This document shows positions 1-11,369 of a stretch of 64,000 nucleotides of DNA, piece after piece. Within the stretch, counting starts at the first letter, position 1. Each line of letters begins with the position of its first letter. The notes beneath the pieces are model-generated. The model was not told the DNA's origin, made no database searches, and was given only the letters and a program-made list of their open reading frames with translations. Origin of the DNA: Macrostomum lignano (lineage: Eukaryota); the NCBI GenBank assembly GCA_002269645.1, contig NIVC01001361.1, positions 186,001 through 250,000 of the forward strand. The letters run 5' to 3'. A program made the translations under genes and the position numbers.

Positions 1-830
1 TTTTAGAATCTATAACTATTTTGAAGAACTTTTAATTTTTGTTAAGTAGTTTTTTGTCAGAAATACAACAACAAAAATTATATAATCAAATAAACGCTTG
101 CTTAATAGCTGGGATAGTTATTTAAATTAGGCAAAAATTTAAAACGTGTCTTGTCTTGCTAATTTACCACACTTTATGCCTATTTTGCATCTTATTACTA
201 TAAGTAGTGCTTGGCTGCAGTATTTAAGTTTCTGCCGCAAAATCAAAAGTTTTTTGGATGCGGCAGAAACCGTGAAACCAGCGCGCTTCCGAGTCACTTC
301 TTGGCTAATTAAAATTACCTAGCATAGATAATACTACTGGTGGATATTGGTTTAAGTAGTATATTTTATCGTTTTATGTTTTTATTTAGAAATTGCTGTG
401 CGATTCTATATTTCGACGTGTGATCAGCCCTTCCGTTCTTATAATGCTTTTAGTCATTTGTGTTTACAATATTGTCTCTCACGTGCTGTATGCTCCGAAA
501 CGGTGTGTCCTATCCCATTGGCATCCCATTGTTATAGGTGTATTACACTCATTAGTGATAACCAGTAGAACTATGGGCTTTGTAAGCTTATGTAATAATT
601 CTAGTGTTAGGTAACCGGAATTTTAATAGATAATTTATACCATTGCATTCTATTTAGACCGTTTTTTGTTTATTTAAAGCAGGCGCCTTAGCGGAAAGTC
701 TGAATCACGTGAACATAGTGAGCTTGGGTTTTGTGGTGGATACAACCGTAGACAAAAGTTGTACTTTTGCTTTCTACAAGCAGACCCATTAAATTCGCAT
801 CTGTTTGAAGCTGCACTGCACTAAATCCTG

Positions 831-1025
831 TGCTCTCTCATTGGCTGAGCTAGATTGGCCCTGCCCACTAGGCTGTCTCCTTACTGCTCTCTCATTGGCT
901 GAGCTAGATTGGCCCTGCCCACTAGGCTGTCTCCTTACTGCTCTCTCATTGGCTGAGCTAGATTGGCCCTGCCCACTAGGCTGTCTCCTTACTGCTCTCT
1001 CATTGGCTGAGCTAGATTAGGCCAG
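831..1025. repeat. 54-bp minisatellite, ~3.5 copies
   Basis: Unit TGCTCTCTCATTGGCTGAGCTAGATTGGCCCTGCCCACTAGGCTGTCTCCTTAC; starts at 831 and 885. Confidence 0.9.
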
Positions 1026-1563
1026 CCCCCTATGCTGAGTTTCGTCCGTCTTGCCTTCACTTGTGTACATTGATTTTAATGCTTTTTGTTCTTTCTTAAC
1101 CCCATATGGTCCTGAGGCTGTTAACCCGGAGGAAGGAAAGGAAATTCTTTGTCTGCCACATTGAACTTACTGTGCAAACAAACTACTGAAAAGAGTAGAT
1201 GCTCTTCATCCTTAAGTTAAAAGTTGCATATCTAGTTATTTTAGTATCTGCAGTGCTGTGCGACTTAAGCATGTTATTCTGACTTTCTGTATGAAACACA
1301 AGACGGAAAACAGAATGTAAAGATGGTATAAATTTAATAGAATTAGTAAACCTGTGAATGGATATACTAGACACATGTGGATACATAATCCCGCTTAAAT
1401 CCTGTTTACGTGTAGCCAATGTGTTTATTTATATATAGTAGCCATTTTGTGTTTCGCAACAATAGCTGTGCTATGCATAGCCGAATGTCGTACACTCACT
1501 CACTCTCACTCCTCTTCTTCACCTTCATTCTCCTGGCTGTGTAGGCTAATTTCCTATCCCCAG

Positions 1564-3040
1564 TGCTCCCAGTCGGCATGGCAACCGCGTCCAATATGAA
1601 ATTGTGGAAAAGCTTTGAGATTGACATTCAGACTCAGCGCGCCGTGTTGAAATCGCAGCGCGCCACTGTTGGCGCCGGCGGAGCCTCTGGCAGCCTCGGT
1701 GCCGGTAGCGGCAGCGGCTGCGGCGGCCTTCCGCCAAGGACGCGCAGCGTTGATGCTCGAAATTCGCCTCAGCAGCCGCCGCCAGCCCCCGTTCAGCCGC
1801 CCCGCCGCCGCCCCCGCCGCCTCCGCCGACGTCGACGTCGTCTGCTGGTGCCAGCGGCTTCGTTGGCAACAACAATGGCCAGTCGGCGGTGTCGGGAATG
1901 GGTGACCGCGCCGGTGCGCCAGCGGCGTCTGCAACTGCTGCCAGTCACGACGACAACGTGCTGTTAAATGCGGAGGTTATCAGAGACGAGCGAACCCAGG
2001 CTTTGATGCTGGCTGTGCTGGTTAGTTGGGGCTTTCAGTGTACACTTCCTGGGCAGAGGGACAAGAGATGCTTGTGACCATTGTACACTCCCTAGACAGA
2101 GGGGTAAGAGATGCTTGTGGCCAATGTACACTCCCTAGACAGAGGGTGCTTGTGGCCATTGTACACTCCCTAGACAGAGGGGTAAGAGATGCTTGTGGCC
2201 AATGTACACTCCCTAGACAGAGGGTGCTTGTGGCCAATGTACACTCCCTAGACAGAGGGTGCTTGTGGCCAATGTACACTCCCTAGACAGAGGGGTAAGA
2301 GATGCTTGTGGCCAATGTACACTCCCTAGACAGAGGGGTAAGAGATGCTTGTGGCCAATGTACACTCCCTAGACAGAGGGGTAAGAGATGCTTGTGGCCA
2401 ATGTACACTCCCTAGACAGAGGGTGCTTGTGGCCAATGTACACTCCCTAGACAGAGGGTGCTTGTGGCCAATGTACACTCCCTAGACAGAGGGGTAAGAG
2501 ATGCTTGTGGCCAATGTACACTCCCTAGGCAGAGGGGTAAAAGTTGTTCGTGGCCAGCCTAATCTTGCAAGCCTCATTAATCCGCCTTAAAATACCTAAA
2601 ACTCGCAGGTGACCCTGGTGCGCAACACAACTGACGAGAACGAGTCTCAAATTCTATACGAATATCTGGCCGAGGCAAGCGTCGTATTTTCCAAGGTGTT
2701 CCCCGTCATGTGAGTCGTGAGCTATGATTGAATTGTTTCAGTTTGCAGGATCTTCGAATGCGTTTCTTTCTTTTCAATTTTTTAGTTATTCACTGATTGA
2801 CGCCAAGATCAACAATGTTCTGTCTAATTGTCACGATTATGTAATACTAAATGCAGTGCACAGTATTATTCAGAACATGCTCTGCACTGAGGAGCCGTCG
2901 CAGCAGCAGCTCAGTTACTTGCAGAGCATCGGATTTGGCGGTCTGTGGCGCTTTTCCGGCCAGTTTACTAAGGTGAGGGGTTGAGCAGAGTTGGCTTGTT
3001 TCTGTGGGTGTGGCTACAGACAGACAGACAGAGACAGACC

Positions 3041-3106
<66 letters not shown>

Positions 3107-3115
3107 GACAGACAT

Positions 3116-3184
<69 letters not shown>

Positions 3185-3203
3185 GACAGACAGACAGACA
3201 CCA

Positions 3204-3260
<57 letters not shown>

Positions 3261-3263
3261 GGC

Positions 3264-3322
<59 letters not shown>

Positions 3323-3347
3323 AACTAAGACAGACAGGCAGGCAGGC

Positions 3348-3390
<43 letters not shown>

Positions 3391-4114
3391 TAGGCGAGTT
3401 TCACTGAATCCAGTATTCAGTCCTATGTGGGCCGCACTATTCGTAACCCGCTACAAAACTGTCAGGCTAACCAGAACAAGGGCCATGCTGAGCATTTCGT
3501 CAACCTGCTGGAGGCCATGGTCGAGACCTGCCTGCCTTCAGACGACTCAGAATCCGGGCGCAGCGGCGGCGGCAATCCGACTTTTCCCGGCGTGCTGAGC
3601 CTGGCGGCCAGCGGAGGCAGCGGCGGCTGCAACCTGTCGAGCTCCCTGTCCAGCCCCAGCGTAGGCAGCTTGCAGAGTCCAACAGATAGAACCAACCAGC
3701 GAGCAGGTAGTACTTGCATTGTTATATTGCAAAGTACAACTTGCCGATATGTATCGAAAGTATACTAAAATATAGCCTACATTATTAAATGAAAAAGTAC
3801 AGCTTGCCGATATGTATCGAAAGTATTCTACAAAATATACTGCATTACTATATGAAAAAGTACGGCTTGCCAATATGAATCGAAAATGCATACTTCCGTA
3901 AACCATTGATATCTCAGCTGCTGCAGCTGACAGCGCTTTGAACTCAGACGGTCCCAGTGTAGGCCAGGCGTCGAATTTTTCCCGACCACGTACCGGAGCG
4001 TTGCAACAGCAGCAGTCGCAGTCTCGACCTTTGCCACCACCGCTAGTGCAGATCAGCCGAGATGACGAGGCTGCCGACGCGCCAGATCCTGTTGAAAACG
4101 AATCGTGCGGTTGA
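1564..4114 (+). CDS. NF1: Neurofibromin (NF1) C-terminal exons, 5'-partial. Exons 1564-2020, 2609-2709, 2786-2972, 3466-3706, 3918-4114. Apparent 1-nt frameshift near 1800
   Basis: The spliced translation [24 protein letters not shown]|[34 protein letters not shown]|[13 protein letters not shown]...[20 protein letters not shown]|[24 protein letters not shown] matches the NF1 C-terminus as I recall it ([56 protein letters not shown]...SYLQSFGFNGLWRFAGPFSK). All introns are GT-AG with consistent phases. The last exon (3918-4114, TGA at 4112-4114) is poorly conserved and less certain. Confidence 0.93.
2035..2540. repeat. 43/35-bp minisatellite in an NF1 intron
   Basis: Unit TGTACACTCCCTAGACAGAGGG(GTAAGAGA)TGCTTGTGGCCAA, with long and short variants alternating. 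Confidence 0.9.
3017..3391. repeat. (ACAG)n microsatellite in an NF1 intron
   Basis: Direct reading of the sequence. Confidence 0.95.
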
Positions 4115-4776
4115 AATTTTGTTTTTTTGGACAAATTTGCGCACAATTTATTGGTAAAAAAACAAATTATAATAATAAAAAGCACTCAAGCTACTGCCTA
4201 AGTAAAATAGTGCGATTGGCTTTTTTAATATCGAGAGCGAAAGTTTCATCTCAGTAGTCTGATTAGCGTTTTTCGATATTTTTGCTATACTGACAGCGTC
4301 AAAATCGTGCTAATCTGCACACTACTTTAAGTAGCTTGAATGCGCAGCGCCAATTAATTGTGTGTTTCACCCCAGTGTTTCAAATTATTTTGTTGTGTTT
4401 CTTGCCTGCGCCAATGCCAGTGTTGTGTCTGAAATGCGGCTTTTCGTTTTTAACCTATTTTTATTTATTGAGCTTCTGTCGATTATCTAGATATTAATCT
4501 GCTGTTGATAATGAGGTATTAAAATCGTCAAGTTTATCATTTTTATTCGCACAATTTTTTGCCCTCATTTCATTGACTGTGACATGTTTTTTGCCGTTTT
4601 GTTGTTTGCTTTAACCCAGAAAAGTTTTCTGCATTTTTTATTGTTTTGTTTGTTATTGATTTTTCCTAATTGACTGTTGCCTCAATTTCTTTGCTGCATT
4701 CACCTTGTGGCCCTGAGTGCAATGCTGCGTTTCTGTCACTGAACTGGCTTCATCAAGCAGCTATACTGCCTGTGTT

Positions 4777-4812
4777 TTTCTGTCTGTCTGTGTGTCTGTC
4801 TGTCTGTCTGTG

Positions 4813-4859
<47 letters not shown>

Positions 4860-4880
4860 GTGTCTGTCTGTCTGTCTGTG

Positions 4881-4915
<35 letters not shown>

Positions 4916-4984
4916 GTGTGTGTCTGTCTGTCTGTGTGTCTGTCTGTCTGTGTGTCTGTCTGTCTATGTGTCTGTCTGTCTATG

Positions 4985-5015
<31 letters not shown>

Positions 5016-5216
5016 GTGTGTGTGTGTCTGTCTGTCTGTCCGTCTGTCTGTCTGTCTGTCTGTGTGTCTGTCTGTCTGTCTGTGTGTCTGTCTGTGTGTC
5101 TGTCTGTCTGTCTGTCTGTCTGTGTGTCTGTCTGTCTGTGTGTCTGTCTGTGTGTCTGTCTGTCTGTGTGTCTGTCTGTCTGTCTGTCTGTGTGTGTGTC
5201 TGTCTGTCTGTCTGTG

Positions 5217-5271
<55 letters not shown>

Positions 5272-5404
5272 GTGTCTGTCTGTCTGTGTGTCTGTCTGTC
5301 TGTCTGTCTGTCTGTGTGTCTGTCTGTGTGTCTGTCTGTGTGTCTGTCTGTCTGTGTGTCTGTCTGTCTGTCTGTCTGTGTGTGTGTCTGTCTGTCTGTC
5401 TGTG

Positions 5405-5455
<51 letters not shown>

Positions 5456-5472
5456 GTGTCTGTCTGTCTGTG

Positions 5473-5503
<31 letters not shown>

Positions 5504-5595
5504 GTGTCTGTCTGTCTGTGTGTCTGTCTGTCTGTCTGTCTGTCTGTGTGTCTGTCTGTGTGTCTGTCTGTGTGTGTGTCTGTCTGTCTGTGTCA
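4777..5595. repeat. (TGTC)n/(TG) compound microsatellite between NF1 and SMG6
   Basis: Direct reading of the sequence. Confidence 0.95.
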
Positions 5596-6237
5596 GACTG
5601 TGGACCCGTTTGTTTCGCATCAGTTTTGTAGTCGCTCTCTGAACACTTGTACACAGCTGTTAGCAGCAAATGGCAATCTCACGAGAGTTTTGTATCGGTA
5701 CTCTGTGATCCCAGCCCGATTTGCGGCCCCCCTGTCTAGTCCTTGCCTCGCGCCCACCGCACAGCCCGTGTCAGTGCAGCGCTCCACTTTTATCAGCTCT
5801 TTGTTCATTCTTTGTCGGCAGTTTTTTGTCTTTTTCTCTTTTTCTACGTTGTTGCTTCAGAATAAATTACAAAAAAAACTCAAATCGCGTTCGATGTATA
5901 GTCGGCGGTGGCGTTCTGTGTAAGTGCAATTTTTCCTATTGCAATTTCGGTATTCTGTCCTTGTATGTACTAGAGAGTGTCTGTTGTCTGTAATATATGT
6001 GTGAAGCTCAGCTGCAAGCCCTGGCTTATACTTTATCCCCCTAAACTGTGTTTTTAAAGAGCTTTTTTGTTAACAGACCTGCGTTTTTTTAAAGAGTTAA
6101 TTTTGGAACACAATTATTCAATACCAGTTCAGTTTTGGAGCTTCGCGATTATTTGTTTGTCGGTTGATTGTCGCGTTTATAGTGTGTACCTAGCGACTTC
6201 TCTTAAATCTTTCTTTATTCGCCGCTTGTAGGTTGTC

Positions 6238-6815
6238 GAAATCAGTGGGATAGACCGTGGAATCAGTGGGATAGACTGTGGAATCAGTGGGATAGACTGT
6301 GGAATCAGTGGGATAGACTGTGGAATCAGTGGGATAGACTGTGGAATCAGTGGGATAGACTGTGGAATCAGTGGGATAGACTGTGGAATCAGTGGGATAG
6401 ACCATGCAATCAGTGGGATAGACCATGGAATCAGTGGGATAGACTGTGGAATCAGTGGGATAGACTGTGGAATCAGTGGGATAGACTGTGGAATCAGTGG
6501 GATAGACTGTGGAATCAGTGGGATAGACTGTGGAATCAGTGGGATAGACTGTGGAATCAGTGGGATAGACTGTGGAATCAGTGGGATAGACTGTGGAATC
6601 AGTGGGATAGACTGTGGAATCAGTGGGATAGACCATGCAATCAGTGGGATAGATCATGGAATCAGTGGGATAGACTGTGGAATCAGTGGGATAGACTGTG
6701 GAATCAGTGGGATAGACTGTGGAATCAGTGGGATAGACCATGGAATCAGTGGGATAGACTGTGGAATCAGTGGGATAGACTGTGGAATCAGTGGGATAGA
6801 CCATGGAATCAGTGG
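6238..6815. repeat. 21-bp minisatellite, ~27 copies
   Basis: Unit GAATCAGTGGGATAGACTGTG. Confidence 0.95.
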
Positions 6816-6887
6816 TTTTGATAAACGCGCAGTCTGTTTGCATTAATTAAGCTGATCCGCCCTTCCTGTCAGCCACCAAGAGTGTCA

Positions 6888-9800
6888 ATGGAAGGCACTG
6901 GCAGCAGGCAGCAGCGACATCCAGATCAGCAGATCTATCGACCGCCGCCAATCAGTCGCAGCGACCGTGTTGATAGCGGCAGCGGCGGCGGCGGCGGCGG
7001 CGGCGGTGGAGGCAGAGGAGGCGGCGGAGGAGGCAGTGGCAGGACGGAAGGCGCCGCCGCAAGTGCGGCAGACGCGGACGCTGTCGGCAAGGCTGCCGCG
7101 CTGTCAGCTGGTGGCGGGCGCACTTTTTATAACAAAAGCCGTCGCAAGGGCGGGCACAGCGCTGGCCAGTCTCAGCAGCAGCAGCAGCAACAGCAACAAC
7201 CGCCGCAACAGAAAAAGCAGCAGAAACAGCCCAATCCTCAAGCGCAGCAACAACCGAAGCAGCAGCAGCAGCAACAGGCAGTAAAAAAGCAGCCATCGCC
7301 GCAAGATCCGCAGCTTCAGGCTGGCAATACTGCTGGCGAAGGCGGGGGCGGAGGCAGGGGCGGAAGCGGGGGCGGAGGTCGGAGAAGAAACCGGCGCAGC
7401 GGAAATAAGCTGCAAAAGCAGCAACAGCAACAGCCGCATCAGAAGAAGCAGTTTCAAACAGTTGGCGATGCCGATGCGGTTGTCGAATTTTTTGCCGACG
7501 ACGAGATGTGGGAACCGCAGGAGGCTGACCAGCATCCGCCACTGCCTCATCAGCCGCCGCCTCCGCCTCCGCCTCCGCTGCCGCAGCCGCAGCCCAGTTA
7601 CAATTACCGGCCCAGGGGCGGAGGCGCCGGCGGCGGTTCAGGCAGGCGGGAGAAGCGCTGCTCCGAGTCCTCGCGCGGCGGCGGCGGTCGCGGCGGCTTC
7701 TCGGACAGCTTCTCCGAGGCCGAGTTCGACCGGGGTGAGGTGCTCCGACCGGACGCTCGTCTGTACGACCCGGCCAAGGATCCCGTGGTTGCCCTGCCGT
7801 CGCCTCGCATGCCTCAGCAGCAGCAGCAGCCGCCGCAGTCTGTGTTGAATCCAGGCCAGGACCCGATGGGCCCGCAGCATCTTCATCAACAGCCGGATGC
7901 GGAATCCGGTGCCGGTGGTCAGCTTCAACAGCAGCAGCAGCAGCCGCACACTGGCGGTCTCATTCGTTTGCCCGAGACTCTGCGGCGCGACGCCATGCAC
8001 CGAGGGCCCAAAGATGGGCGCCAGGTGAGTTAATGCTTGTACTATAGGAAAATAGTACATCTATTCAAGTTAAATTTGCTTAAAAACATTTTGATCATTA
8101 TCACCTTCTTTAAAGAAAATATAATTTGTCCATTCTTAAGTACCTAGTGGGATCAGGATTCGAACCCCCGACCTTTCGGTCGTGAGTCCGATTCTCTAAC
8201 CACTAGGCTACAACCCCACAATGCCCTCACAAATCCTAAGCACAATGTAGTTGAGGATGTTGAGCACGAAAGTTAATCAGTTATAACATCGAATTACAGA
8301 AAGTGCGTTTGTTGGATGTGCGGAAAATGTTCCACCATAGGGAACATATCTCCAACTCTCATCGATCTAGTAATAACTGATTTTTCATTGCCTCAACAGT
8401 GATTTAGCTGTGTAAAATATCAACCATAAGCGTTAAATGAGACTTAATTAACCTGACCTGAAGAATTATAAAATTTTCAACTATGCCTTAATCAACAAGC
8501 AACAATTAAAATGTTTTACTGACACAAACAACATGCAATGCTTGCTATAAATACAAGATCCGAAAATGTTCGGAGCTCTCAGATGCTCGGACACGAATCC
8601 GGTTTTTACTACCGCATGTTACTACGTCCTCGAGCATGTACCACAACAATCGCTTGCTATAAAGTCTGAGTCTGCATACCATTGTGCCACAATGAAGGTT
8701 AACGAATAATATTCACATGGTAAGAAGGTGGCCATGTGTGACTTCAAAAGCGTCCTCCATCACATACACTTGCGCCAAGATCAACTACGCAATCCGAAGA
8801 TCGGCATAGTAGGAAAATCTTCGGAATTGTAATTGAACAAAACTATGCATATCTTGCCAGTATAGTCCGGATCAAAAACACCTCCACCGATAAAGATGCC
8901 GCGTAGAGCTAGGCTAGATCGGCCTGCTATCCTCCCGTATGTACCCGCTGGTATTCGAACTTTAAGATGCCCGTTCGAATACCAGCGGGATTCGTAGGCT
9001 GGTATGATGCCCTCTGTAGCCGAAGACAAATCATACCCAGTTGATCCGACAGTTTGACGGATTGGAATCATCCCCAAACCAAGCACAAGCTCGATCAAAG
9101 TTTTCGATCAAATGTCGTAGACTGCTCTGTCTCTGACTAATCGGTAGATGTTGCACTTGATCCATGTCACCAATTATTGTAGCTGAAAGTGATTTAAAAA
9201 AGTAAAAGTTTCTCCTAGAACATGAACGTTAGCAACTACATCATCTACGTCTACAAACACAAGTTTTTTTGCATTTTGAGAAAGAATACCAATATAGCTA
9301 TAAAACTTACACTCTCAAAAATTGAACACAAAAAGGTACTAAAATTACATACAATTTAAATGAATGTACACCAAATGTATGAATGAAATCGACAAGAAAA
9401 ATCATCCTACTAGCATTACACACCATAAAAAATAAGTAAATAGGTTGCTTTATACAAGAGAGAGAGAGCATTTTTTGCATAGTATTGTTAATCATCCAAA
9501 CGCCAATGTAAAAAGGCAACGAATCTGTTGGAGTTGTCCAGGAACGCTTATTATAAAAAAAGCTCATACAAAAGCTCATCAAAAATACTTTCTGCTTTCG
9601 AGAACGAATGCACTGCATGCGCGAAAACACAAGTTGTCGCTGGTTTAGAACTCTAAAATAAAATCAAGTAAATAAAACTGCTTGCACCCTTGTCTTGTTA
9701 ATCGGATTGGACCGGATCGGAAACACCGGAGACTAGTTTGCACCCTTGTCTTGTTAATCGGATTGGACCGGATCGGACACACCGGAGACTAGTTTGCACC

Positions 9801-11185
9801 CTTGTCTTGTTAATCGGATTGGACCGGATCGGACACACCGGATACTAGTTTGCACCCTTGTCTTGTTAATCGGATTGGACCGGATCGGACACACCGGAGA
9901 CTAGTTTGCACCCTTGTCTTGTTAATCGGATTGGACCGGATCGGACACACCGGAGACTAGTTTGCACCCTTGTCTTGTTAATCGGATTGGACCGGATCGG
10001 ACACACCGGAGACTAGTTTGCACCCTTGTCTTGTTAATCAGATTGGACCGGATCGGACACACCGGAGACTAGTTTGCACCCTTGTCTTGTTAATCGGATT
10101 GGACCGGATCGGACACACCGGAGACTAGTTTGCACCCTTGTCTTGTTAATCGGATTGGACCGGATCGGACACCGGAGACTAGTTTGCACCCTTGTCTTGT
10201 TAATCGGATTGGACCGGATCGGACACACCGGAGACTAGTTTGCACCCTTGTCTTGTTAATCGGATTGGACCGGATCGGACACACCGGAGACTAGTTTGCA
10301 CCCTTGTCTTGTTAATCGGATTGGACCGGATCGGACACACCGGAGACTAGTTTGCACCCTTGTCTTGTTAATCGGATTGGACCGGATCGGACACACCGGA
10401 GACTAGTTTGCACCCTTGTCTTGTTAATCGGATTGGACCGGATCGGACACCGGAGACTAGTTTGCACCCTTGTCTTGTTAATCGGATTGGACCGGATCGG
10501 ACACACCGGAGACTAGTTTGCACCCTTGTCTTGTTAATCGGATTGGACCGGATCGGACACACCGGAGACTAGTTTGCACCCTTGTCTTGTTAATCGGATT
10601 GGACCGGATCGGACACACCGGAGACTAGTTTGCACCCTTGTCTTGTTAATCGGATTGGACCGGATCGGACACACCGGAGACTAGTTTGCACCCTTGTCTT
10701 GTTAATCGGATTGGACCGGATCGGACACACCGGAGACTAGTTTGCACCCTTGTCTTGTTAATCGGATTGGACCGGATCGGATTCGATACTTGGATACTTG
10801 GACATTTCAATGCTTGGATGTTAAATTACGCAATTTTGTTTTAAAAGAGCTGCCAAAATATATGTAAACTGGCTAATTTTATTAACTTGTGTAAAAATCG
10901 TGTTTGTATCGAATTGAAATATAATACTGCTTTAAAAGAAGTTAATTTGAATGCGTAAAGTTATACGCAAATATCAGGTTTATATGTCTGAAGTGGTGTG
11001 TCTAATTAAGCCACTATTCATTTCGTAAAACTAAGTCTGCGTGCACATGGAATTTCAGACTTTGCCATTTTTCTGGGCCTGTACTTGCTATGTATTTCAC
11101 CATAAGGAAATCGGGTTGTGTCATATTTTCCTATACTAATTATGCTGACTAAATTTCTTTTGACTTTTCTGTCTGTCTGTCTGTT

Positions 11186-11218
<33 letters not shown>

Positions 11219-11219
11219 C

Positions 11220-11306
<87 letters not shown>

Positions 11307-11327
11307 GTCTGTCTGTCTGTCTGTCTC

Positions 11328-11369
<42 letters not shown>

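Noticed and set aside
683-717. Possible further upstream NF1 exon (ALAESLNHVNI, AG...GTGAG)
   Set aside because: It has no recognisable NF1 similarity, and its phase could not be linked to the 1564 exon.
4670-5923. SVCL/TDRQ repeat ORFs, also at 2847-3407, 11018-11425 and 23769-24498
   Set aside because: They are translations of (TGTC)n/(ACAG)n microsatellites.
8147-8219. Functional tRNA-Val(CAC) gene
   Set aside because: The acceptor and T stems do not pair in canonical register, so I kept it only as a pseudo-tRNA or SINE head.
9682-10781. Possible CRISPR array
   Set aside because: The units are contiguous with no unique spacers, there are no cas genes, and the context is a eukaryotic intron.
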